From: a virus
Virus record (IMG/VR): IMGVR_UViG_3300002460_000047
Span: 1 to 48,471 of that record
Strand: one strand, 5' to 3'
Length of the DNA stretch: 48,471 nucleotides
A model generated the notes under the pieces. The model was not told the DNA's origin and searched no databases. It saw only the letters and a list, made by a program, of their open reading frames with translations. This document shows, in pieces, positions 1-7,978 of the stretch. How positions within the stretch are numbered: position 1 is the stretch's first letter; every line of letters starts with the position of its first letter. The translations under genes and the position numbers were made by a program.

Positions 1-86
1 CCATATTAACTTTATACGTTGAATAATTTGTCGAACTGGTAATGGTAATTTTCATTCTTACCTCTTTTAATAAATACATCTATATA
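1..86. repeat. Terminal direct repeat, copy 1 (identical to 48386..48471)
   Basis: Bases 1..86 (ccatattaacttta...catctatata) recur exactly at 48386..48471. The repeat spans the stop of one gene and the RBS/start of the next. Confidence 0.95.
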
Positions 87-243
87 GTTTTATTAATTTA
101 TCCTTAACTTCATCAGATTCTAAACAATAAATATTACGCTCTTTACATTTACTTACTGCTTCAACATAGCCAAAACAATTCCTCTCTAATCCAATCTCAT
201 TAGCTAAATCAACAACAGTTTTTTCATTTAATACGTGTATCAT
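67..243 (-). CDS. Hypothetical protein (58 aa)
   Basis: ATG at 241..243 forms an ATGA overlap with the polymerase stop (240..242). I preferred it over the longer track ORF start at 261. Confidence 0.55.
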   Translation of the reverse strand: MIHVLNEKTVVDLANEIGLERNCFGYVEAVSKCKERNIYCLESDEVKDKLIKLYRCIY

Positions 244-1577
244 AATCCACACTCCCACCAAGAATCTCCAACTTTAATATCATTATCAATAGTAATAGGG
301 AGATTTAAATTAAATAAATCTTTCATTACCTCATTAGTTAATGATAATACTTTTTTGATCCAACTACAAGTAAAATCTACATATTCTTCTTTACAATCAA
401 ATACAACACTGTCATGAATTGTATTTACAATCAAGAACTTATCCCTATGCTGAATACCTTCTCTAAACAATTTTCCTAACATGATTAACACAATATCTGC
501 AGTTGCAGTGCCTTGCACAATATAATTCTTCAATTTTGTAGGACTAAAAGAATATTTTTCCCCCCGTCTTTGAGCCCACAAAGGCGCCGGTTGTATTTTA
601 AAATAATATCTTCTATTGGTTGGACCAATATAATATCCCCATTCACCTTCTATATGGGCATTAACAAAGTTTTCTAATCTCCGATTATATACTGCTAACT
701 GTGGGTACATAATATCTTCTTTTTTAATTAAATCATAAATTTTTTCTTCAGAGATACCGGATAATTGATTAATTTTTTTAACACCAGCACCATACGCTCT
801 TGCAAAAGAAAATGCTTTTATTGTGCTTCTCTTTTGCACCCATTCTGGATCTTTAGAATTAATTTTATTAACCACGTAGGCATATGGAACTTCCTCGGAT
901 GCAGCTAAACGTTTGATATGAAAATCTACCCCATTAATTATATCTTGTATATAAGCTTTATCTTTAGACAAACATGCTTGAACCACAATTTCTAATTGTT
1001 TGAAATCAACCTCAAGTATCTTACCGTTTTTAAATCTAGATGTAAAATGTTGTTTTACATTTGATTCAAAAGATTTAGGTTGATTTTGAACATTAGGATT
1101 TCTGCAAGATAATCTCCCTGTTTCTGTCTCCACATGAATAAATGAACCCCGTACACAACTATCCTCATATAATAATGATTCAATTGGATTGTAATAAGTA
1201 GATAGTTGCTTAGATATTCGTCTATTATCTAATAGTAATTTACAAAAATTAGAAGCAATATTTGCATTATAATGCTTACGAATCAATGTCTGATTTCTAA
1301 AATTCTCTGAAGCAAAATAAGATAAAACTTCATCATCTACACTATAGATGCCTTCTTTCTTTGTTTTCCACTCATCTAACGATTTTAATCCCAATCCTTT
1401 AATCTTAATAATTTTCTTTACTTTTTTAGTTTTTAATTGCCCTATTCGTTCCCCAGTCTTAAATACAACAGGCTTTCCAAATTCATCACTAATAGGTTCA
1501 ATAACTTCCTTCTTTAATTCTCCTCCAAAAAGAAGACAACTTATATGCTCATTAGATGATAAATTAAATTCTATCAT
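240..1577 (-). CDS. Family A DNA polymerase, polymerase (palm/fingers/thumb) fragment, 445 aa
   Basis: Pol I motifs are present: FNLSS (FNxxSpkQ region), TGRLSCRNPNVQNQP, motif A VDFKQLEI, motif B RSTIKAFSFARAYG (Phe at the E. coli F762 position) and motif C HDSVVFD. The track start at 1589 is TTG. ATG at 1575..1577 makes an ATGA overlap with the upstream ORF. Confidence 0.9.
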   Translation of the reverse strand: MIEFNLSSNEHISCLLFGGELKKEVIEPISDEFGKPVVFKTGERIGQLKTKKVKKIIKIKGLGLKSLDEWKTKKEGIYSVDDEVLSYFASENFRNQTLIRKHYNANIASNFCKLLLDNRRISKQLSTYYNPIESLLYEDSCVRGSFIHVETETGRLSCRNPNVQNQPKSFESNVKQHFTSRFKNGKILEVDFKQLEIVVQACLSKDKAYIQDIINGVDFHIKRLAASEEVPYAYVVNKINSKDPEWVQKRSTIKAFSFARAYGAGVKKINQLSGISEEKIYDLIKKEDIMYPQLAVYNRRLENFVNAHIEGEWGYYIGPTNRRYYFKIQPAPLWAQRRGEKYSFSPTKLKNYIVQGTATADIVLIMLGKLFREGIQHRDKFLIVNTIHDSVVFDCKEEYVDFTCSWIKKVLSLTNEVMKDLFNLNLPITIDNDIKVGDSWWECGL

Positions 1578-1867
1578 GATATCTTCCAACGATCTTGTAA
1601 AATTTTTAATTGTTCTATAAAATCAGTTAAATTTGGTATGCGCACAAATGCTGATTTTGTCACTGCCCCATCAAGAAAAAAAATTTCTAATTTAAGAGAT
1701 GCAACCCTATGTAGTTGATGACAAGGGGTATACCTAATACCGCCCCCCTCTACGCTCGTAGTTGGTACTGAAAAAAATGGAGGAGTAATACCATTAAAAA
1801 GTTTAAATTCAGGCTGTAAAATCTCAAAAGGTTTTAGTAATTTATTATAATCTTCTTTATGTTTCAT
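1574..1867 (-). CDS. Hypothetical protein (97 aa) inside the polymerase split
   Basis: ORF coupled to its neighbours by start/stop overlaps at both ends (ATGA overlap with the downstream gene). No recognisable motif. It contains a locally GC-rich patch. Confidence 0.5.
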   Translation of the reverse strand: MKHKEDYNKLLKPFEILQPEFKLFNGITPPFFSVPTTSVEGGGIRYTPCHQLHRVASLKLEIFFLDGAVTKSAFVRIPNLTDFIEQLKILQDRWKIS

Positions 1868-2199
1868 TTTAATAACTCCGGATTCTCGTATATGTTACCT
1901 ATTACTTCTATATATTTAGAACGTTCGCCTTTTGGATTATAACAAAGTCTTATTTTATCAAGTATATTAAATACATATTCATCAACAATTTGATGGTCAA
2001 ACTGATTTGGTTCAAACACACTGTCAATAATTATGTCGCCCTCATATATCTCTTTACCATTCTTATCTTTTAATCCTGTATACTGTTGTACAACAGCATT
2101 GGGGTACATACATAGAGCAACACTAGTTCCACCTATATTTAATGGTTTAGTTAATTCTTCAGTTATTGGATCATAAACTCTAAACTTAATCTCTCTCAT
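1864..2199 (-). CDS. YopX-domain protein
   Basis: MREIKFRVY...QQYTGLKDKNGKEIYEGDII...VIGNIYENPELL matches the conserved YopX family pattern. Confidence 0.8.
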   Translation of the reverse strand: MREIKFRVYDPITEELTKPLNIGGTSVALCMYPNAVVQQYTGLKDKNGKEIYEGDIIIDSVFEPNQFDHQIVDEYVFNILDKIRLCYNPKGERSKYIEVIGNIYENPELLK

Positions 2200-2409
2200 T
2201 TAATCTATCCTATTATTAGGATTCTTTTTATTCCATAAATTAATTATTTTTGCATATCTCTCAGGATAAAACCAAGCCATGCCCCCTAATAATAAACTAT
2301 TTAAACCTTTATCATAATCTTTATCTGCACTGATTAATTTATGTTTTTTAGCAAGTTCAAAAACACATCTCAGCTTTTCATTATGAGATAATTGTTTAGT
2401 ATTAGTCAT
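2200..2409 (-). CDS. Hypothetical protein (69 aa)
   Basis: ORF abuts the YopX start. Its ATG overlaps the stop of the upstream mini-ORF. Confidence 0.55.
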   Translation of the reverse strand: MTNTKQLSHNEKLRCVFELAKKHKLISADKDYDKGLNSLLLGGMAWFYPERYAKIINLWNKKNPNNRID

Positions 2410-2579
2410 TTTACACCCGCCTTAATACAAATTAGATCACCACTTATAGTATGCCATAAAATACCTGACTCTTTCCAACACTCTATTCTTTCATGTTGAT
2501 GACCATTTACTTGCATATGATAAGCATAAAATATAAAGCCAAATACAAATAACATACCTATAAAATTAATATACTTCAT
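2406..2579 (-). CDS. Hypothetical small membrane protein (57 aa), below the ORF-track cutoff
   Basis: Hand translation gives MKYINFIGMLFVFGFIFYAYHMQVNGHQHERIECWKESGILWHTISGDLICIKAGVK. ATGA overlaps at both ends (2576..2579 and 2406..2409). It has a hydrophobic N-terminal helix. Confidence 0.5.
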   Translation of the reverse strand: MKYINFIGMLFVFGFIFYAYHMQVNGHQHERIECWKESGILWHTISGDLICIKAGVK

Positions 2580-2788
2580 GAATATAACTCATCTAAATCA
2601 ATATTATGACCATGTACAATTTCCCAAAATTCTTCTTTAGTCAGGGGGGCTTTTCCATATTTCTCAACTCCCCTCATATGTTCGCCAATATCATAGAGAG
2701 CCGCACACAATGCGCCTGCTTTAAGCGCTCTTAAATAGGCTTGTGCGTCCTCAGACTTGTTAAGGTTGAATTCTATTGTTATTTTCAT
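2576..2788 (-). CDS. Hypothetical protein (70 aa)
   Basis: ORF coupled to the downstream mini-ORF by an ATGA overlap. Confidence 0.55.
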   Translation of the reverse strand: MKITIEFNLNKSEDAQAYLRALKAGALCAALYDIGEHMRGVEKYGKAPLTKEEFWEIVHGHNIDLDELYS

Positions 2789-2854
2789 TATAATAACTCA
2801 CTAATAAATAATAAAATCATTAACCCACCTATAGCATAAAATAACCAATCACAT

Positions 2855-3181
2855 TCATAATTCAACATTTATATTTTCCTTTTCAAATCTGAGCCAGCAC
2901 TTTACTGTCTCTATTTCTTTTGTTACAGCATATTGAATTGTTTTAATAACTACTTTAGTATATTCAGGATTAACATTAAATACAGGGTGGGGCAATTTTG
3001 TATATAATAACTTTGGAATAGCGCCATGTATTAAATTATACCTATATCTACGATCCTCTTTTAAATTGCCTGTTTTTTTAAATCCTAATGCGTAACAAGT
3101 AAATTTTCCTTCTTGAGAATAATCAATATTCAAAGAAGAATTTTTTAATATGTCATAAATTTTATATACAAATGTAATCAT
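2855..3181 (-). CDS. Hypothetical protein (108 aa)
   Basis: The track start at 3202 is TTG. The first ATG is at 3179..3181, with AGGAG upstream. There is no convincing nuclease motif. Confidence 0.55.
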   Translation of the reverse strand: MITFVYKIYDILKNSSLNIDYSQEGKFTCYALGFKKTGNLKEDRRYRYNLIHGAIPKLLYTKLPHPVFNVNPEYTKVVIKTIQYAVTKEIETVKCWLRFEKENINVEL

Positions 3182-3329
3182 CTTTTCTAAGGCTCCTATC
3201 AATTGGTTTATATTTCGTAGTATTTTCTAATGCTTTTTGAATCCTAACACATAGAAGTAATAGTTGATGTCTAGGTATGCGTTCTAATTGTTTAATAGTA
3301 AGAATTTTTCTTTTTCTGATTAATTTCAT
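3162..3329 (-). CDS. Hypothetical basic mini-protein (55 aa)
   Basis: Hand translation gives MKLIRKRKILTIKQLERIPRHQLLLLCVRIQKALENTTKYKPIDRSLRKDDYICI. ATGA overlap with the stop of the exonuclease-domain gene (3326..3329). Confidence 0.4.
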   Translation of the reverse strand: MKLIRKRKILTIKQLERIPRHQLLLLCVRIQKALENTTKYKPIDRSLRKDDYICI

Positions 3330-4102
3330 ATCCAGTACCTCTTAGCTAAATCTATTAATTGAAGATTTACTCCAAATAACTCAATACCTAATAACTCTTT
3401 ATTTGTTGTTAATATATCTTTATTAACATGTATACCATTATACTCTATCTCAGTTGTAGCTAGCACCGCATCCATCTGTAATTCAATTAATTTAGTCATT
3501 CCAAATTCTTCAGCTTTCTTAATTTGACCTAGATACACTTGCTCAGTAGCTAACACATCATTCATCACATCCTCTAATACTAATTCTTTAGGTAAATCTG
3601 CCATATCTTTGTATTTATAAACTTCTTCTTTAGTTAAATAATAAAACAATCTATATAAATCACTTTTATTAGAATCATTCCAACAATCATCACGATTAAA
3701 TAATAAATTTTCAATATGTTTAGATCTCTCTTTCCAACCATATTTATTAACTGCAATATCTCTAAGTGCAGGATATTTATGTCTTTGCCCAGATAAAATA
3801 TATTCTGCAAGCATAGTATCCCATATTCTACCGCCTTGCTTTATCCAATCTTGTAACTGAGGAGTTTTCCATAAATATAATAAATCAAATTTAATATTAT
3901 GCCCCACTAATAAATCAATACATTGTAAATACGTCCACCATTTACATAAATGATTTGGCTGATCTTTATAAATACTTACCACTTGATTAAGCTTACATAA
4001 TCCCAAAGCAACTATCTCGTTATATTGAGGATTGGCTTTCCTCCCAAACTTTTCCTGAATCCCTGTTTCTAAATCTATAACAATATAGTTTAAATTTATC
4101 AT
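3326..4102 (-). CDS. Family A DNA polymerase, 3'-5' exonuclease fragment (258 aa)
   Basis: DEDD motifs are present: ExoI VIDLETG, ExoII GHNIKFDL and ExoIII-like VMNDVLATEQVY. The C-terminus (...IEYNGIHVNKDIL...LIDLAKRYWI) ends exactly where Pol I proteins continue into the FNxxS segment that opens the 240..1577 ORF. Confidence 0.85.
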   Translation of the reverse strand: MINLNYIVIDLETGIQEKFGRKANPQYNEIVALGLCKLNQVVSIYKDQPNHLCKWWTYLQCIDLLVGHNIKFDLLYLWKTPQLQDWIKQGGRIWDTMLAEYILSGQRHKYPALRDIAVNKYGWKERSKHIENLLFNRDDCWNDSNKSDLYRLFYYLTKEEVYKYKDMADLPKELVLEDVMNDVLATEQVYLGQIKKAEEFGMTKLIELQMDAVLATTEIEYNGIHVNKDILTTNKELLGIELFGVNLQLIDLAKRYWI

Positions 4103-4215
4103 AAAGTCAACACTGCGTAAATAAGTATTAATTCAATTAAAATAGTGTGTAAATATAGTACTACAATATGTTTACATATTATTTCTACCATCTCCCCCTC
4201 AAAAGAGTTACTCAT
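4099..4215 (-). CDS. Hypothetical hydrophobic mini-protein (38 aa)
   Basis: Hand translation gives MSNSFEGEMVEIICKHIVVLYLHTILIELILIYAVLTL. ATGA overlaps at both ends. Confidence 0.4.
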   Translation of the reverse strand: MSNSFEGEMVEIICKHIVVLYLHTILIELILIYAVLTL

Positions 4216-4364
4216 ATTCTATTCCCATTTAGTAACAATATCTTCTCTATATTCTTATAATGTCTTTGATTATTTAACTGCTTTAAATATCGCTTAGCAT
4301 CTGCAATATGTGCAAATGATCTATTTAATCTCCAGATTGATGTGCGAACAAAGTAGATATTCAT
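4212..4364 (-). CDS. Hypothetical mini-protein (50 aa)
   Basis: Hand translation gives MNIYFVRTSIWRLNRSFAHIADAKRYLKQLNNQRHYKNIEKILLLNGNRI. TAATG overlap upstream and ATGA overlap downstream. Confidence 0.4.
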   Translation of the reverse strand: MNIYFVRTSIWRLNRSFAHIADAKRYLKQLNNQRHYKNIEKILLLNGNRI

Positions 4365-4639
4365 TAATTATCAATCTCATCTAATAATTCATCAATTTCT
4401 TTATTAATTTTTATAAGCTCGTGCTCATTATAGATGCTCCATACTTGTGGAAGGCGAGTTATCAGTGTTACTTTCCGATTAATTAACTCCTCTATAGCAC
4501 TCTTTAATATAGTAGATTTTCTAGACTGCCTCAATAATGATACTTTATCACTTACCTTATCTAGTAAATCCTCTGCTTTCTTGGCCTCATCCGCCAATTC
4601 TTTAACTTCTTTTTTAAACCATTTATTTAATATATTCAT
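4364..4639 (-). CDS. Hypothetical coiled-coil protein (91 aa)
   Basis: ORF with a charged heptad-like sequence, coupled to its neighbours. Confidence 0.6.
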   Translation of the reverse strand: MNILNKWFKKEVKELADEAKKAEDLLDKVSDKVSLLRQSRKSTILKSAIEELINRKVTLITRLPQVWSIYNEHELIKINKEIDELLDEIDN

Positions 4640-4818
4640 CTGTTGCCCTTTAATATTCGCTCAACATCAAAAATCAAATGGGCTAAAGCATCTAAGACTT
4701 CAATATCCTTTATTAACTCGTCTTTAGATTTATAAGAACCGTTTGGATTTTGACAATTTGTTTTAATTAAAGTTCTTAAATCATCAGTAAAATTTATAAA
4801 ATCACCAGATTTAATCAT
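4636..4818 (-). CDS. Hypothetical protein (60 aa)
   Basis: ORF with 4-nt overlaps at both ends. Confidence 0.55.
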   Translation of the reverse strand: MIKSGDFINFTDDLRTLIKTNCQNPNGSYKSKDELIKDIEVLDALAHLIFDVERILKGNR

Positions 4819-5033
4819 AATTGTTTTCCTACATCATTAATATTATTCGTCAATGCTTCTATTCCAGATTCAATATCTTTATGTTCTGCAACTAAGTCTA
4901 TTTTACCTTCTCCCATATCTAAAGCAGTATAAATCTTATCCTTATATTCAACTAAATAAATTCCCCAAGTAAAATTCTGGATACCTTTCACATCCGTCCA
5001 ACTAACATTAAGTACTCTATTAAGCCTCTTCAT
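4815..5033 (-). CDS. Hypothetical protein (72 aa)
   Basis: ORF with a 4-nt overlap to the downstream gene. Confidence 0.55.
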   Translation of the reverse strand: MKRLNRVLNVSWTDVKGIQNFTWGIYLVEYKDKIYTALDMGEGKIDLVAEHKDIESGIEALTNNINDVGKQL

Positions 5034-5196
5034 GTTTACTCCAAATAGATTCTAAGTATTCTTTTTGATTATTAATAATCTTATTATCATTTAAACACTT
5101 ATTACATACTTCAATGTAACCTTTATTAAGAGATGTAATAACTACTGCTGATAATAAACCTGTAACACTTTTGTGACACATCTCACATTTACCCAT
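5020..5196 (-). CDS. Zinc-ribbon mini-protein (58 aa)
   Basis: Hand translation gives MGKCEMCHKSVTGLLSAVVITSLNKGYIEVCNKCLNDNKIINNQKEYLESIWSKHEEA, with CxxC...CxxC. TAATG overlap with the upstream gene. Confidence 0.45.
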   Translation of the reverse strand: MGKCEMCHKSVTGLLSAVVITSLNKGYIEVCNKCLNDNKIINNQKEYLESIWSKHEEA

Positions 5197-5432
5197 TAGA
5201 TCTTACCTCTAAGAGTAGACTTAATAATATATGTTTCTGACCTCTCTGTTCTTAAAACAGGTGTTGTTGCTGTGCACATAGCTCGCCAATGATAATCAGA
5301 TTTGTTTTTCCAACAGTGTAACCTATCCTCTCTTTTCATAGCATCGTCATAATTAGTATAAGCTTTATCAACAACCCAAGTTTTCTTCTTAACTTTCATA
5401 TCTTTTACTTTCATTACTACAAATATTTTCAT
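5196..5432 (-). CDS. Hypothetical protein (78 aa)
   Basis: ORF, basic, coupled to its neighbours. Confidence 0.55.
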   Translation of the reverse strand: MKIFVVMKVKDMKVKKKTWVVDKAYTNYDDAMKREDRLHCWKNKSDYHWRAMCTATTPVLRTERSETYIIKSTLRGKI

Positions 5433-5503
5433 ATATCCCCATTATCAATCATAGCTAACAAGATTCCTATTGCAAATCCCCCAGCAAATAACATAAAATT
5501 CAT
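5429..5503 (-). CDS. Possible 24-aa transmembrane micro-protein
   Basis: MNFMLFAGGFAIGILLAMIDNGDI. ATGA overlap with the downstream gene. The RBS is weak, so this is tentative. Confidence 0.25.
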   Translation of the reverse strand: MNFMLFAGGFAIGILLAMIDNGDI

Positions 5504-5517
5504 TAAATCTAATTCCA

Positions 5518-5742
5518 CTATTCTAATCCTTCTAGCCGTTGTTTAAGATCTAATACTTCTAATCTTAATAATTGATTCTCTTTACGTAATAAGTGTAAAA
5601 CCTCTCTATATTGATTTTTATCTTTTTTTTCACAATCATGGCACGTATCCCATTTTTCTCCATTGATAACCGTACAAGTTGTTTCATCAATAGGGCTAAA
5701 ACACAAACAACAATAACATCCTTTACCTAGAATAGTAGTCAT
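5518..5742 (-). CDS. Cys-rich zinc-binding / leucine-zipper protein (74 aa)
   Basis: CYCCLC...C...CHDC cluster followed by a heptad Leu repeat, LLRKENQLLRLEVLDLKQRLEGLE. Confidence 0.55.
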   Translation of the reverse strand: MTTILGKGCYCCLCFSPIDETTCTVINGEKWDTCHDCEKKDKNQYREVLHLLRKENQLLRLEVLDLKQRLEGLE

Positions 5743-5743
5743 C

Positions 5744-6322
5744 TTAATCTTCTTTAATTATATCAAGATTATCGTCACAACCAGGGGATACTTTTGCAGC
5801 GACACTCAATGCAACGCGCAAATCATTTTCAATATGGTCATCTTTACACATATAGTTTAATGCTAATAGGGCGCCCCAAGCCATTAATCCTCCGCAACCC
5901 GTTGCATAGGGTAAAGATAATCTATTAATATGAATACCTTTTTCATGAACACAACATGAAAATAATTCTCCAGAAATCCCTATAAGAATCTCTGAGGAAC
6001 TACAATTTTTAACTTCACTATTTACTAACATGTGTCTTTTTTGTAAACAAGCCACTACTGCATTATAAAAAGAACCCATAACATAATCAAACACAAATTC
6101 TTTTCTTCCTCTTTTAGGAATGGGCATGTATTTAACAATTAAATCACATAAATAAGCATCGCCAGTGCCTGCTAAAATAACTTTATCTCTTTTTGTAATT
6201 TTAGCCCCGGGCATTTCTTGCATCTTTTGCATACCCCAAGAGCAACGTCTATCGGCACCAAAAACTAATTTACCATCTTTATCCTTAACTACAACTATAC
6301 AAGTATTTGATGTTGGCTGCAT
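5744..6322 (-). CDS. HslV / proteasome beta-subunit-like Ntn-hydrolase peptidase
   Basis: By-eye alignment to E. coli HslV: T-CIVVVKDKDGKLVFGADRR vs TTIVSVRRNGHVVIAGDGQ, KVILAGTGDA vs KVIAGFAGGTADA, and ATGCGG vs AIGSGGPYA. A short MQPTSN propeptide precedes the Thr. Confidence 0.6.
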   Translation of the reverse strand: MQPTSNTCIVVVKDKDGKLVFGADRRCSWGMQKMQEMPGAKITKRDKVILAGTGDAYLCDLIVKYMPIPKRGRKEFVFDYVMGSFYNAVVACLQKRHMLVNSEVKNCSSSEILIGISGELFSCCVHEKGIHINRLSLPYATGCGGLMAWGALLALNYMCKDDHIENDLRVALSVAAKVSPGCDDNLDIIKED

Positions 6323-6337
6323 CGATTAATCACCTCT

Positions 6338-7978
6338 TCATTTTAGTAACTTATCTACGGTTACTAACCTACCTGTGTTTTCTATATAATACAAGTTATC
6401 CACATAGCCTGTCAAGCCTGTTATACGATTTTTTAATACTTTCACTTTTGTTTTTGTCTTTTCAATATCATCTGTCATATTACGTTCAAGCGCTATTATA
6501 ACATCGCTAAGCTGCTCAATAGCAGCACTTCCTCTAGCATCAGTCATGTGCACTTCTCTTCCTTCATCCCAAGATTGGCCTCTAAAAGGCCGTTTTAAAT
6601 GGCATACATTAATAATACTAACATTCATATCATGAGCTAATTTTCTTAAATTTTTCATAAGGATATCTATATCTTTTCTTTCTCCTTGCTCTCCCCCCAT
6701 ATCGTAAGTTATCATAGACATATGATCTAATATTAATAATTTACACCCTCCTAATTTTACCAGACATTGCAAATTATACAACAACTCATCGCCATTTAGG
6801 GACATAAAAGAAGCATCAATAAATTGCACTCTTCCAGATCTAATATACTTCTCGTAGGAGATATCGAATTTTTCTTTTAATACTTCCGGATCTTCCTCTA
6901 ATTCAAATAAAGGTAGATTATTATCTATTGCAATAAACCCTAAGCCAGATAAGCGAACGGGCTCCTCTAAATACGCTACCCCAAGTTTTAAATCTTCATT
7001 TGAATTAAGTAATTCATATCCTAATTCTCTAGTAAAACTACTCTTCCCAATTCCTGATCCCGCAAGTAAAGTATAGATACGCCCTAATTTAACACCTCTA
7101 ATGACACCATTTAATTGTGGGAGAAAAGTAATCGATAATCCTTTTGTATCTTTCTTTAACAGTTCTGCTTTAGTTGGTAATACAATTGAAGATGGTACAT
7201 ATTGTTTATAATTTAAACAATCTTTTAATAATGCATCTCTAGTACCTAACGTTAAATACTCATTCGGATCATGGTATCGCAATTCAATAGTATATATCTT
7301 TTCGGGGGTGAATAATCTAGAAGCATCTTTAAGCGCTGTAATACCTGCATCATCAGAATCAAAACAAAATATAAGTTTTTCATATTTATTTAATATATTA
7401 TAGTTGCGCTTAATTTCTGATTTAGTTTGTGAGCCTGCTCCCCCAGTTAAATAAAAAATATCTCCCTTAATAGTTCCCTCTCCAATGTCTGCTTCATATA
7501 AACTCATTGCATCTATGGCTCCCTCACAAATAATAGCTTCCTTTGCACCAATAATGAATGGGGCGTGCCCTAAAACACATTCATTACTGTTGCCTTGCCA
7601 ATAAAACTCTTTAGGGATTAATCTTACTTTTTGAGCGCACAATTCTCCATTCTTATTATAATGATTTTCTAAATGTGCTTTCTTTCCTTTTAATGTAAGA
7701 ACCTGATAATTAAATGCTCTACATGTATCTACTGATATACCCCTATCTTCTAGGCCCTCAAAATAACCAGAAGTAATTAAATTATTATTAATCATAGAGG
7801 TATCTCTAGTATTTGTCACAAAAGATGTAACATTTTGTGACATATTTTTATTACTATTGTACTCACAATTAGGTGTCTGACAACGAGAGCGCTCTTTGCC
7901 ATAGTTATCAGTCCAGAAACAAACATTATTACTGGAACCACAGTAATCACATGATTCCCTGCGGTTAGTGGTTGCCAT
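6338..7978 (-). CDS. Bifunctional primase-helicase (T7 gp4-like)
   Basis: N-terminal Cys4 zinc finger (CDYCGSS...CQTPNC), TOPRIM (ICEGAIDAMS, FDSDDAG), and DnaB-family helicase Walker A (AGSGIGKSS) and Walker B (LLILDH). Confidence 0.9.
   Translation of the reverse strand: MATTNRRESCDYCGSSNNVCFWTDNYGKERSRCQTPNCEYNSNKNMSQNVTSFVTNTRDTSMINNNLITSGYFEGLEDRGISVDTCRAFNYQVLTLKGKKAHLENHYNKNGELCAQKVRLIPKEFYWQGNSNECVLGHAPFIIGAKEAIICEGAIDAMSLYEADIGEGTIKGDIFYLTGGAGSQTKSEIKRNYNILNKYEKLIFCFDSDDAGITALKDASRLFTPEKIYTIELRYHDPNEYLTLGTRDALLKDCLNYKQYVPSSIVLPTKAELLKKDTKGLSITFLPQLNGVIRGVKLGRIYTLLAGSGIGKSSFTRELGYELLNSNEDLKLGVAYLEEPVRLSGLGFIAIDNNLPLFELEEDPEVLKEKFDISYEKYIRSGRVQFIDASFMSLNGDELLYNLQCLVKLGGCKLLILDHMSMITYDMGGEQGERKDIDILMKNLRKLAHDMNVSIINVCHLKRPFRGQSWDEGREVHMTDARGSAAIEQLSDVIIALERNMTDDIEKTKTKVKVLKNRITGLTGYVDNLYYIENTGRLVTVDKLLK

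Noticed and set aside
235-417. Plus-strand ORFs inside minus-strand early genes (235..417, 1348..1620, 4434..4727, 6307..6501, 40188..40451, 45184..45498, 47439..47675, 47720..47965), plus 37266..37523 (minus strand) and 10977..11162.
   Set aside because: Each overlaps a motif-bearing or tightly coupled gene (on the opposite strand; 10977..11162 is an alternative frame on the same strand as 10967..11152), with no RBS. They are typical shadow ORFs.
2855-3181. A possible GIY-YIG homing endonuclease in the polymerase insert (VYKIYD...IDYSQ).
   Set aside because: Only a loose resemblance to the GIY segment is present. The YIG, the conserved Arg/His spacing and the Glu are not recognisable.
1578-3325. 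A group I/II intron or intein as the explanation for the split DNA polymerase.
   Set aside because: The interval is filled with seven same-strand ORFs chained by start/stop overlaps. The two polymerase halves are in different frames with their own starts, which rules out an intein. I could not find intron-core helices. Splicing still needs experimental exclusion, as noted in the findings.
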